Shown here piece by piece: positions 25,978 to 38,428 of a stretch of 64,000 nucleotides of DNA. Origin of the DNA: Azolla caroliniana (Eukaryota > Plantae > Polypodiophyta); the NCBI GenBank assembly GCA_043228905.1, contig JBHGNT010000005.1:9176001-9240000 (forward strand), read 5' to 3'. The translations under genes were made by a program, and so were the position numbers. The notes under the pieces are model-generated. The model was not told the origin of the DNA, ran no database searches, and saw only the letters and a list, made by a program, of their open reading frames with translations. The number at the start of each line of letters is the position of its first letter. Positions within the stretch are counted from its first letter, which is position 1.

Positions 25978-26720
25978 TGTTGTCGGCTAGGGTAAACATG
26001 GCCTACCCTCAGTCCTTTGGGGTATGGCTCAAGGAGATTGCGGTGCAGAGAATGGAAAGCGTATACAGTCTATTTCGAATAGCCGTGAATGTATTACGTC
26101 GCATGGCATAAGGAAAGGGGAAAGGGTATTCGGAAGACAACTACAACCAAGCTCCTTCGCACAATGCATCGCCTCTACACAGATACGCTTACGCGATTAC
26201 CACACACAAAGAATAAGTAAAGAAGAACACACAAACACAACACTTCGGAAATAGTACGATTATATTCCAAAGATTACCCAAAAATAAAGACACACTCTTA
26301 CAAGTTTCCCATGCCCTTTATATACAAGGTCATAGTTGGTTACGCTTAGAGCGTGAATCGTTACAAGCATTCAAGCACGCTTCCTTCTATACCTACGGCC
26401 TCATAATTACGCTACGACTACTTTTGTTCCCACGCCTTCCTTTTCTTCTGCCTTTTCTCACTTGGCCGACTTAGGTGTCCAACACATGGCATGCTTGTGG
26501 GACAGTGCTTAGCATGCCAGGCCCACTTCTACCCTTTATTCTTCGTCGAAAATATTGAGGATTTTGGGTTCTAGGCAGTCACTTATGCCGGTCTTGACAG
26601 GAGTTGTCGCGGCGTTGCATGGCTTGATCGTATTGGACTGCGGCTGTGAACTTGGTTCCGTGGGGGAAGGCCTGAAAGGATGTTCAGGTTCCGTTGATTC
26701 TTATTTTTTCACTTTGCTCT
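25978..26720 (-). mobile_element. 3' end of another A/C-family element: ORF3 C-terminus, inverted PBS-like site (26487-26503) and 3' LTR (26484-25978)
   Basis: LTR matches the reverse complement of 15713-15941. The minus strand reads ...KILNIFDEE* (cf. SILDILDEE* in A), then ACTGTCCCACAAGCATGCCATG|TGTTGG. Confidence 0.85.
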
Positions 26721-26729
26721 CTTCTATTC

Positions 26730-27712
26730 GTTGTTTTAAGACTCCGTTGAGGCTGAGCGTCATTTCCGCATCAATCTGGTATAGAGCGAACAAGAAAATG
26801 GAAGAGTCATTCGGAAGCATGTTCAAGCTCACCTGCTCCAACTACCCAATGTGGAAGTTGAAGATGAGGGATATGCTGGTGGTTAAAGATCTTTGGTTGC
26901 CAGTACAGTTCAGGGACAAGAAACCAAATAAGATCGATGTCATGACATGGGAGGTGATGCACATGAAGACGACGGCATACATACTATGCTTCATCGACAT
27001 GAGCCTGTACAACAACTTCAATGAAGAAAGTAAGGCTCATGTGCTCTCGGAAAAAATCAGCACCATGCTGGAGAGTAAAAACGTCATAAATCGGGTTTCG
27101 GTATTCTGAAAGTTAGTGAGACTTTGGTACCAGGACGGATCCAGCATGGCAGAGCACATGAATGCATTTCAGGGGCTCATAAATCAAACAACTTCACTTG
27201 AAGTACCTCTGGCTGACGAGGTACTTGCATTACTCCTACTCGGTTCCCTCCTGGATAGTTGGGAGACACCTGTCGAATACGAGTGTATAATGGTCGTATT
27301 CACACTGTCCCTTTGGACAGCCCAAGTTCGAGCTATTTCTGTAAATAGCATAAAGGGCACCTGATATTAGGTTGTCGGCTTGATGATGAAGGCTACATGA
27401 GTAGCATCCGGAACGGAGTCATGAAGTTTAGTAAAGGAAACCCAATCGTGGCTCGAGCACGGAAGATCAACACGTTGTAAATGATACACGCCTGGATATG
27501 CCGGGAGGAAGTGAATGTAGCATCCAAAAATGCCGGTGAGTTGTGGCACAAGAGGTTGTGCCACATGAGCCAGAAAGGGATGAGAAGACTTGCCGAAGAT
27601 AACCCCATTACGGAGGTGAAAGACATGCATCTTGAGAAGTGCACTGATTGCTTGGCCGGCAAGAAGAACCGAACCTCTTTTCGGTCGAGACCACCGTCAT
27701 GGCGGAAAGATT
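26730..27712 (+). pseudogene. gag: Ty1/copia 5' part (LTR end, iMet PBS, gag, GAG-pre-integrase), internally deleted
   Basis: TGGTATAGAGC (decayed TGGTATCAGAGC) at ~26777; NYPMWKLKMRDML..KDLW; LLLLGSLLDSWE; LWHKRLCHMSQKG. Confidence 0.85.
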
Positions 27713-30700
27713 GTAGCCACTAAATCCATCCAGAAAGCTGTAAATTTCATGTCTTGCCATCGCGTCCAAAACTCCATCCGTAAAGGGTAACGGAAATGCA
27801 TTTGTTACTGTAGTTGCATTAAGCTTTCTATAGTCGACACATACCTTGATGTTTCCATACTTCTTGGGTACACCTATGATTGGACTTAACCAAGTTTCCT
27901 TCTTCACTAATCAAATAAAACCGACTCTGAGTAGTTTGTCAAATTCCTCTTTTACTTTCACTACATAATTGGGATTTAATCAATACCGACGCTATTGTAC
28001 CGGCTTCACATCTTTATGCAAATTTATCTGATGTTGATAGCAGGCCAGATAAAATCCCTTCCATCTTTATATTGCCGCAGTAAATCAATCATCTAAGCTT
28101 TATCAGCCGACTCCATTTCTTTAGCTATCAGAATGGTCTTTGGTTAAGCATCAGCGTCATCTAAGTTTAATTCTTCGAGTGCCAATGTCTGAACTCTTTG
28201 GGACACCTGCATCTCCCTTTCAGCTTCCTATTGAAGTCATAACTCCTCCAATGTTTTGCCATCAACAGGAATTTCTTCTTCTCTATCTTCCTCGCCCATA
28301 TATGTTGTAAGCATTTGCATGATGTCGACTTCGAATAGCGAAATGATCTTTGAATTGTCTTCAAAATATTGATCTCCTTCAGCCTCATCCAATCCTTCCA
28401 TCATGTTTACTGCTTCAGCATGAGCTAGTAAACATTGTCGAGTCATCCTGACCTTTTCTTGTGTTGACACCCGAATTTTACTTTTACCCTTCCGGAATGT
28501 TAAGATGTTCTTGTTCCCATTCTGTTTAATATTTGTTGTCTTTAGACAAGGGCGGCCTAATAATAATGGATATGCACCGGGTGCATCCAAATGAAGCACT
28601 ACTGCCGAGATCTGGAAAGTGTGACCTCCAACAATGACATCTAATTGGCGAATTAGACCCAGTGGTTGGACTGTACTTGTGTCGGCTATTCTTAACTAGA
28701 AAGGACATGCATCCCATTTAGTAATTCCGAGCCGATCACATGTGATCTTATTAATCACATTTACCCCTGATCTGCCATCAACAATAGTGTCGATGACTTC
28801 CTGGCCCTGAATTACTACTTTTATTGATGGACTTTGTTCATCCATTACTGTCGGTTCAATGATCGGATTGTTGTAATTAACCAATAGGCCCATTCTACGC
28901 AATAATTGTTGCAACCTTTTCTGTGAATTTGGGCACTAATTTTAATAATGCTGCCAAGGGTAATGACACTTGGCAATCTACCAAGATTTTCCATGTTTCT
29001 TCATCTTCCGGTGTCATTTTGGGTTCCAACTGTCCCTCAGGTTGAACCTCGAATGATGCATCATTGTCTTGCAACATTCTGGCGACATTATTGTTGTTGG
29101 CTTCTTCGACCCATTCCTTAGCCGCTTTTTGTATTGCTTCCTGCACCCCCCACTCTGATTGTTTTCCTTTACAACAAGTGGTTACTTGCTATATTTCTGG
29201 TACCACCATATTTACTAGCGGTGCCTTTCCTTTATCTTTTATCGAGCATTGATTTGCATAGTGCCCATCTTTTTTGCATATGTAGCAATTTTAAATTGAT
29301 GAGCCACTAGATTCTTCGGGTTCATATTGAGGTCGGAGCGCATCCTGAGATTCAGACTTACCCTTGTCTTTGGAATCATGTTCAAATTGCCGAGACCCTT
29401 TCGGCTTTCGGTTGTCATTAAATCGATGATTTGGTGGACGATTATCATCATTTCTTCTATAGTTATTGGACCTTCTATCGTCTTGATAACGGCTTCCCCT
29501 ATAGAGTTGTCAATTATTATTATCTCGTCAGGGTGAGTAGTCCCGATCATAATTATTTCAATTATCCCTTTGGTAGTCATCTTCGCGATCCTCAACATAT
29601 CGCTCATTACGCTGATAGTCATTACGTCGATAATCGTCTCTTTGATTATCATCTCAACGGTTATCATTCCTATGGTTATCTCACGCTGAGAATCATCTCA
29701 TCGCTCCGACTAATACCATTCATCCTATCTTGATCGATCGTTGTCTTGCGACTGATTCCGATTTTCCTGATAATTATTTTTAGGATGAATTTGTTGAACC
29801 GGTGTGGCTAGTTTATTGAGCGGATTATATTCACATTGCTTGATTGAATTATTTTGGAATGGAAAATCATACAATGAGTGCGTAAACTGCATTCTATTGT
29901 CGAATGCCCTGTGTTGAGGCAAGTGGTACACTGAACAGCTTGCCTGAATTTGAGCTCTACTAATGTCGGCAAGTTCTGGTGTAATGCCGACATGTTCATA
30001 CTATTATTATTGTGCGTCCGATCCATTGCTAGAGCTTTATCCACCAATTGCTCGAGTGATTGATTTCGAAAATCTAACACCGCTAGAGTTGTTCGAAGAG
30101 GTTCATGTATAGCCTCCAGCAAGATATCCTACAATTCCTCTTCTGGAATTGGCCGCAAAATCTAAAGTTGTAAGTTCTGAAATCGGATCACAAATTGTGA
30201 CACCGTTTCATGTGGCTCCTGATAAGCTGCATAGATTTGTGGGATCTGCCGATGAAACAATTGTGTGAATTTTGCTGCTAATTGTTCGAACGAATCGAAC
30301 GCCTTTGACCCATTCTAGGCATACCAATTTGCCAACGGACCGTCAAGAGATAGGACGAACTCGACAATTTTTTATTTTTCCTCGGCTGCACCCAACAGTC
30401 GTTGTGCCACATGGTTCACCTCCCATGTCATCAGGAAATCACGCACATGCTCTTCCACATCGGCTCCATCCTGATACTTTGAGTAAGGGTAAGGCATATT
30501 GTCCTCTTCCCAAATGTTGTAAAAAGAACTCTGTTCGGACTGCTCGGTGATTAGAAATTGTGCTAAGTAACCTTGATCGACTACTTGGTCTTAATATAAT
30601 TACTTAGTAAGCATAGCACATTAGAAATCGACACAAAGAATAACAATTCACAGAGAGATTGTCGACACAGAAATACTCTAACTATTAACTTATATTACTT

Positions 30701-30988
30701 CCAAAATAGAACGATAGATTTACAATGCTTTCGATCCCTGTTTTATAGGTAAAACCGAGAGTCTCTTTTCAAGATTACACTTGCCTTATTCGGTAAGAAC
30801 TATTACAAAACTGTCTAACTAATTCTAATACATATTTTTACTATTTGGCAAAAAATCGTAATTACTAACTCATCGATCCACTACGACGATTCGACTCCGA
30901 CTCCTTCGTACTTCCAAACTTTGTCGACTCCGACCTTTTCACACTTGTCTGACTCTGACCTTCCAACCCTGTAGTCCACTGGCTAACA
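27713..30988 (-). mobile_element. Decayed A-family element: 5' LTR (30988-30532), gag, protease, start of RT
   Basis: FRQAVQCTTCLNTGHS, IVDGRSGVNVI, WLSPIIGVPKK..FLDGFSGYN. LTR TGTTAGCCAG...CCGAACA followed by gagtt as in A; PBS appears deleted. Confidence 0.85.
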
Positions 30989-32548
30989 CACATGCACACG
31001 GTCGGGTACTAGGGTAGTGTGGGAGTGAGGGGGTTTAAATATACTTCTCCCATCACCACTCCAGAAATCAAGGCGAATATCTACTCTGGAAAAGAGGAAT
31101 ATTTGGCTGATTTGTAACGTACCTCCCTCCTTGGGCTATAAAAGGTCCAAGAGGGGTCTCTTGTAAAGGTTTTGGTCCCCCCCCTGGGTTTTAGGTTTTG
31201 GTCCCCGGTTTTGGTCTCTCGCTAGTTTGTACAGTTCACAAAATCAGTTTTTGGGGTCTGTCTTTGATTTGTTGTTTGTTAGGGTTTGGGTAGGGGTTCC
31301 ATTTTTTGTGTGTTTAAGGATTAGTTCGGTTGGAGCTTGTAAGCTCCAAGGGTTCCGGTTTCTGCAGTGTCTTTTGCGCAAGGCCTTCACTCGCGACAAC
31401 GAACCCGAGTGCTCCCGACTGGAGGCTCAAAGCCAGAGATGTAATCTAATTCGTTGTTCATGTATATATACATTAATTGTGCATAATTGTGTCTCTGTCG
31501 GTCTAGGGTGTGTTTCTTTCTTTCCGGTTTCTGTATGCAAGATGTGAATGTCGAGTAACTGTTGTGTGCGTGTTCTCTCTCTCTCTCTCCCTCTCTCTCT
31601 CTCTCTCTTACACATCTCTTTGATCGCGCCCAATCCTTGCACGAATGTTACGGGCATGACCATATAATATCCCGTGGTGAGAATTTACTGTAGTATTCTA
31701 TACACGTGGATAAGTGTGAGGGTTAAACGAGAGTGTAAAGAAGGGGAGGATTACTTTTAATCCTCGAGATTGAGACAACCCATTAGGCCAAGTGTGAACT
31801 TGCCTGGGTGCCTTGGGTATCGCTATAAATAAGAGGCCTAGCTACCCTCATTTGATCATCTTGTTGACTACGTCGAGACTCTGTCTTGTGGTGGGTCAAC
31901 TCTTGTAGTGAGCACGCCAGCACCAGGTACGACTCGACGCCACGGCGGTGGTATGGGACGCCGATCGAGGCTCGAGTCCGTCTCGATTCCTTCACTCAGG
32001 GGTGGTCGGGTGGATCCGCACCCTTCTTTTTCTCTCTCCTTTCTATCTAATCAGCCTATATTCTATCCTTATCTAATGCTTACATTAGACCATGTCTCTA
32101 ATAACGAATTTCTCTCACAACCATGATGTGAACTCTCGATTGCAACATTCATTGGTAAAGTTCTTGAACATCGAGAGTCGCTACTCACCTTCACACGTAT
32201 CACGTGAAATGTAATATTTTTGGTCTCATAGGTCATATTTAACCTCCAAAGAGGATAATATAATCTCTCTCTACATTCGCGGAATCAACTTGTAAGCTCC
32301 AAGGGTCTTGACTTTTGTTGTGTCTTCTGCGCAAGGCCTTCACTCGCGACGGCGAGCCCTAGTGCTCCCGACTGGAGGCTTTCCTGCAGACATTTGTTGT
32401 ATCTAGACTATCGGTCCAGCTCGAAGCCGTAGATGTAATCTAATCTAGTGCTCATGTATATAAATAAATCTTAGTTATACATAACTTTGTCTCTTTCTTT
32501 CCGGTTTCTGTATGCGAGATGTGTGTGTCGAGTAAGTGTTGTGTGTGT

Positions 32549-32642
<94 letters not shown>

Positions 32643-32804
32643 GTCCGGTTGCCTTTGGAACATATCCGAAAAACGCTCTGGTCGGCGTCACAACCAGTGT
32701 AACCAGCACTAGCGAAGCTCAGTTCTTCCGGATCCGTCTCTCTCCGGTCCAAGACCCCGGTGGTCCCGCCCAAGCCGACCCGCTAGCCACGGATTTCCAT
32801 GACA
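30989..32804 (+). repeat. Cluster of LTR fragments related to the 20915 solo LTR, with an unrelated LTR-like segment (~31670-32285) between them
   Basis: Block ~31337-31600 is repeated at ~32289-32560. Shares caagacccc..tggtcccgcc with 21620. Ends ...CATGACA at 32804, followed by ACGT. Confidence 0.6.
32552..32640. repeat. (CT)n microsatellite within an LTR
   Basis: About 44 uninterrupted CT/TC units. Confidence 0.95.
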
Positions 32805-32829
32805 ACGTCAGGTGATTAGTACAGCCTGC

Positions 32830-33330
32830 ATCATCTCCTTCCATAGGGCAAAGTTCTTTCCATCAGACTTTCTAATTTCCACTCCCGTGCTAGATGTTGA
32901 AGTCATGTTCTGTAGAAAGTGAGATTTGCTGACCTACTCCTTTCCTTCAGCCAATTCTTCTCTTCACATATTTTTGTTGTTGTTGTTGTTGTTGCCGGAC
33001 TGCAAGTCACTCTAATACCAAATGTTGAATATGAAAGTTGTTGTTGCGGAATAAGATTCGGGACCTGTCAATGAGTCTAGCAAACAATACAAGTAGCAAT
33101 CAAGATAGAGTTGTGCACTTAGAAAAGATTCAAGAAGATGAAAATAGTGGCACAAAGAGAGAGATGTTTAAGCTCAAAGAGAGTATGTTACATTAACCGC
33201 TACTCTTACTTTACAAGTTCAGTTACCCACTTATATAGTTAGGTTAACTATGTGTTCACATTAGAGATACAAGGCGGGCAGAGTAGGACTTTTAACCCAA
33301 CACCCCAGTCGTCCCTGGGCCTCTATCTCT
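32830..33330 (-). mobile_element. Copia-like 5' LTR/PBS remnant
   Basis: CACTCTAATACCA is a decayed reverse complement of TGGTATCAGAGC, next to an LTR end TGTTGAAT at ~33022. Confidence 0.55.
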
Positions 33331-33339
33331 ATGGACCTA

Positions 33340-34560
33340 ATAACCGATCTAACCTTGGTCAATAGCTACAACTCGGTGTTAATCATTGTCGATCAGTTTA
33401 CAAAGATGGCTCACTTCACTCCATGCTCAAAAACAATTTTCCGAAGAAGGAATGGTGCATCTCCTTGGGCAATATCTTCGGTGCTCGGTTAGTTACCAAC
33501 AAGATGATTGGGTCAACTTACTTTCACCTACTACAATAATTCTCTCCATGCATCGACTCACGTCACTCCATTCTTTGCAAACTATGGTTTACATCCTCGG
33601 TTCAACATTTCCCTCCCTAACACTTCCATGAACCCTTCGATGAAGGGTCGAGCTCGCATTTTGGAAGTGCTACATCATGATTTATCCTTGGAGCTTAGTC
33701 TCGTTGACGAACACTACAAGAAGCAAGATGATCGCCATCGATCTGCCACTCCACACTTTGTCATCAAAGTTATGGTTTGGTTGTTACGATGGCACGTCTC
33801 TACTACTCATCCATATGCGAAACTTGATTACAATAAGTTAGGACCATTCCGTATAGTCGAGCACATGAATCCCGTCACCTTCCGACTGACCCTTCCATCC
33901 CACTTCCGGATTCACAATGTTTTTCATGTCTCCCTCCTTGAACCCCATTATTCTTCGCAACTCCTGGGATGGCAAACCCCACCACCATCACCTGTGCCAT
34001 TGACGACAAGGGAGGAATACAAGGTCGATCAAATACTTCACTCACGTTTGCACCATCGACACCTACAATACCTCCTCTTGTGGAAGGGTTACCCCATGTC
34101 AGACGCCACATGGGAACCAATGAAGAATTTACAAAATGCAGCACCGGTATCCCCACAAACCGACAGTCGGTTTGGGAAGGCAACATAAGAGGCGAGATAA
34201 TGTCACATTGTAGACTCGAACATTTGACCTATAACACGCCTAGTACATAGTGTTGTGTTAGATAAACTATATGAAAACTCTTAAGTTATATGTAAACTTG
34301 TATATGGTTTAGTATTGTATAGTCTAGCATATAGCACATTCCAGAATATTCTAGTCTTTAGTATATTCTAGAAATATTCTATGGTATATTCTAGACAAGT
34401 ATATTCTAGAGATATTTCTCGGAATCTATATTCTAGAGATATTCAATCTCGGAACTTTTATAAATATGTGTGTTGACCTAGATTATAATCAAGGTGAACA
34501 ACACCAGTTACTCGTACACTTACATATAGATTTTCTCACACACACAACATATGTTGTCAA
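33340..34560 (+). mobile_element. Decayed Tcn1-like chromovirus 3' end (integrase, chromodomain, PPT, LTR from 34201)
   Basis: LGPFRI..IHNVFHVSLLEP; EYKVDQILHSR..YLLLWKGYPMSDATWEP; aagaggcgagataa|TGTCAC; LTR with TTCTAGAA array, TATA and caacaccagt. Confidence 0.88.
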
Positions 34561-37300
34561 ATTTTGATTAAAATTAGAATTAGAATTAGAATTTTTATCG
34601 TCCATAAAGAGGCCAATTTTGACCTATGGGACCAGAGTATACATGTGTTCTTGATATATGTCTGCTTCCTAAGAAGGGGTATTCATATGTTGAAGCACAA
34701 AGTCTCTATGTGTTAATAAAGCATACACATATGAGCTCAACCTTCTAGGTGATGTCTTAAGTATGGATCTCATGTTATCACTCCCTCTTAGTATGTCAAC
34801 ATATCTTGAACGAATTGCACTATATGTCGAGCATGTGAAGAGCAAGTGACATTCATCCTCTAGCATGCCTTCATTGCATACTTTACATGTCTTCAAATTC
34901 GTTACATTTTGATACCATGATGCAACTTCAATACCTAACTTGTGAGATCGAGTGCGAAGTAGTGTAAGGGCTCTACAAGCATTGCTACTCATGTTGGTAA
35001 TGAGATAAGGTTGGATACGATCAATAGACATTCTTGCTTTATATTGAGACCAACATTCAGGGTTGACATTTGCAATGTAGTATTCTAGCTTTGTCCTCTT
35101 AGCATCCTCCCACTTCATCCTTAATGATTCCACCAACCTTTCCTCAATCATTACATATTGCATAGCATTGCCTGAAAGCTCTAAAAGATCATCCACACCC
35201 CATCTTCTAAACCATTTCTTTATGTCAACAACCCAACCAGATGAGAGAATCTTACTTTTATGATTCTTTTGTAGCTTACATCCAACATTCCAAGAAAGAT
35301 GTGGTAATCAATGATTCGGCATATTCTTGACTTTTGTAATGTATTTATATACTCTTTGTAGTGCCAATAGTTCTATGGGTCGAACACCCATTTCCAAGAG
35401 CATAACCTGGTAAGAGGTAGTGCATTTAACTCCTAATTGCCTCCTTAAAAACATCTTTCGAATTTTCTCAATCTCGTTCCATGCATTAAGAGAGATGGTG
35501 CCACCCTATACTTCTACTCCATAAAGCAATACTTGAGTTACCATGGCATTGAACAACATTAATTTTACTTCCCATCCACAAGTATCACTTTGGTTGCATT
35601 GGTTCTCCAAAAGGTAATATGATTTCCAACCGGCTTGGAGTCTAGAATCAAAGCATGCACTCCATTTATTTGTGGCGGGTACATCAATACCAAGATATTT
35701 AAAGCTTTGAACAAATTGTATATGTTCACCTTTATATGTGAGCATAGGGTAATGATGAGGTTGGATGGTTTGCACTACCATCATTTTTGTTTTCTCAACA
35801 TTCACTGCTAGTCCACTACTATGGCAAAATTCTTCTAATACCCCAAGTAAATGTTGCATACTATCAACATCATATGAGAAGAGTACCACATCATATGCAT
35901 ATAGAAGCAATAAGATAACATGTTGCATCAAATTGGGGCCATTCAATCCTTCTTCTCTTGCAACCTTATTCACCACTTCTTCTAATTTATCAATACATAA
36001 GCCAAAGAGTGTGGGTGATAATGGACATCCTTGCTTGACCCCCATGTTACTTAAAAAGCTCTTTGAGAATCCACTATCCATTTTTAGTTGGCATTTAACT
36101 TGTTCGTATAGACGTGCAACCGCAACTCGGTACTCTAATGGCATGTCAATGTGTACCATTCTATTCCAAAGCTCACTTCGTGGTACGGTATCAAAAGCTT
36201 TCTTGAAATCAACAAAACAACAATAAAGTGTTTTTCCTTGTAGTCGACTCTCTTCCATGATTACTCTTAATGTGACCAAATGATCCACGGTGGAGTGTTT
36301 TGGTCTAAATCCGGCTTGCCCAAGTGCTCTTTTGCTTGTACTCTCAGCCCATGTGCTTATCTTTTGCTCCATAATAGTACTATATAATTTAGGAATAGTT
36401 GAGCTCACCATTATTGTACGATAATTTGCTACTTGATTCTTATCTCCACCTTTAAATATTGGTTTAATCCAATTCATAAACCAATCATTTGGAAATCCTT
36501 GTTTTATAGCTTGCTCTAAAATTGTCATTATCCAATGACGAGTGTGTGGCATTGTCCATTTTAAAAGCTCACTTGAGACGTAGGTTGAATCTGCTACTTT
36601 CCCACTTGCTGTCATGAAGACATACATCTTGGCTTATCATGACATTCATCTTGGCGAACCAAGAATCGAACCCATAACCTCTTGGTTTACATATTGTACT
36701 TTTCATCTTGGCGAACCAGGAATCGAACCCATAACCTCTTGGTTTACACATTGTACTTTAACCATTGTAATAACATATGTGAGATGTAATCATAATAATT
36801 ATATGTTTAGTTATTACGAGATATTTAGAACATTCTAGATTATTCTAGAATGTTCTTGAATATTTCATGATTATATTTATTATTATTATTATTCATAAAT
36901 ATCTAAAATATTCTAGAACATTCTAGAATACTCCATAAGGGCCTATAAATAAGAGTCCATACACTCATCACAACTCATTCGGTTCAACACCAGTCTTTAG
37001 CCCTTAGCCTACTCCTTGTAATCTTCTTCCTCATAATATAATCTCATTCCCATTTCTTATCTCTCACGTATACTTTTCTCTCTCTCGCACTCTCTCCCTC
37101 TTTCACTCTCTTTTGCTATCACTATCGCTATCTCTACCGCTCTCGCCATCTCTATCGTTATCGTTATCTCTATCGCCATCGCTCTCTCTCTGCTTCCTAC
37201 TCTAGAGTCACGACAGTTTGAACCGAATATTTCTTTTCCCTTTCTCCAATAACCCTAGCAAGCTTTCTTCTTTATCCTTCTTTCTTTTTCCCCCGCGGTT

Positions 37301-38428
37301 ATGGAGTCGGTCAGCAAGCAAGAGTATATGCGTGTCCTTTCGGAGCTCGATATGCTCACCACTAAGTTTGTGGCATTAGAGCAAGAAAATCAAAGGCTAC
37401 TCGGGGATCTTCAACAAGTCAGTACTGAGAAAGCTCATCAATATGAGGAGTTATCACAACGGGTTCATCAACTTGAGGCTACTATATTAACATTACGAGA
37501 ACAAGCGGCGGGGGTTCAAAACTCCCCAAGGGAACCAAAGATTAGCCTCCCTGCCAAGTTTGATGGTACCAGATCTCTCTTTCGAGGTTTCCTGAATCAA
37601 GTTCGTTTGGTGATTCAGTTACATCCCAATCGGTATCCAACTGATGCTGCCCGTGTGGGATTAATAGGAACCTTGCTAAGCGGTACAGCGTTAGCATGGT
37701 TTGCACCACTTCTTGAGAAGAAATCACCATTACTGGAGGATTTCGAGGCATTCGTTAAGGAGTTTCAAGCTAGTTTTGGAGATACGGATAGCACTAGGAC
37801 TGCAATAAACAAGATTCGAAGACTCCGACAAGGAGATCGTCCCGCTTCAGCTTATGCCGCAGATTTCCGTCTCTTGGCATGCGACATCCCTTGGGATGAG
37901 GCAGCCTTAATGGATCAATTCCGTCAGGGTTTGCGTAACGATGTCAAAGATCTTCTTCTTACTTTCCATGAAGATCCAAAGTCTCTTACTGAAGCTATTA
38001 GCCGAGCTGTGCGATGTGATAATCGCCTATTTGAGCGACGTTCTGAACGTCAACAAATGTTACGCCGCCAACCGGAACAGACATACGCTTCTATAGTCGC
38101 CACACCGCCACAAGGTTCTAGACCCGTTACGAGGGATGGTCCCACTCCGATGGAAATAGAGTCGACACAACGTCGAGGGCCCTTATCAGATGCTGAGAAA
38201 CAACGACGTCGGGCGCATCGCCTATGCCTCTACTGTGGTGGTCCAGGACATATAGCTGTGAATTGTCCACATAAACCCAGGCGTCAAGTTTACCAAGTAA
38301 GTGCACATGACAACCCTACATCAAGTTCTACTATCACTTCTAATAACTTAAGTACTAAGCCTAATAGCCCATGCCATGAGAATAGATTTGATATCTTGAG
38401 CCAACTAGAGGATGTGTTAAACGAATAA
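37301..38428 (+). CDS. gag: Gag (coiled coil, PEG10/Rtl-like capsid, CCHC knuckle)
   Basis: LPAKFDG, LRQGDRPASAYAADF, GPTPMEI, CLYCGGPGHIAVNC. Confidence 0.95.
   Translation: MESVSKQEYMRVLSELDMLTTKFVALEQENQRLLGDLQQVSTEKAHQYEELSQRVHQLEATILTLREQAAGVQNSPREPKISLPAKFDGTRSLFRGFLNQVRLVIQLHPNRYPTDAARVGLIGTLLSGTALAWFAPLLEKKSPLLEDFEAFVKEFQASFGDTDSTRTAINKIRRLRQGDRPASAYAADFRLLACDIPWDEAALMDQFRQGLRNDVKDLLLTFHEDPKSLTEAISRAVRCDNRLFERRSERQQMLRRQPEQTYASIVATPPQGSRPVTRDGPTPMEIESTQRRGPLSDAEKQRRRAHRLCLYCGGPGHIAVNCPHKPRRQVYQVSAHDNPTSSSTITSNNLSTKPNSPCHENRFDILSQLEDVLNE

Noticed and set aside
32452-32815. ER-repeat and SL-repeat ORFs
   Set aside because: Translations of the (CT)n microsatellite.
36709-36772. Functional tRNA gene inside the LTRs (also 54058-54123 and 48296-48363)
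   Set aside because: A/B boxes and spacing fit, but acceptor, anticodon and T stems do not pair properly. Reported as promoter-like modules only.
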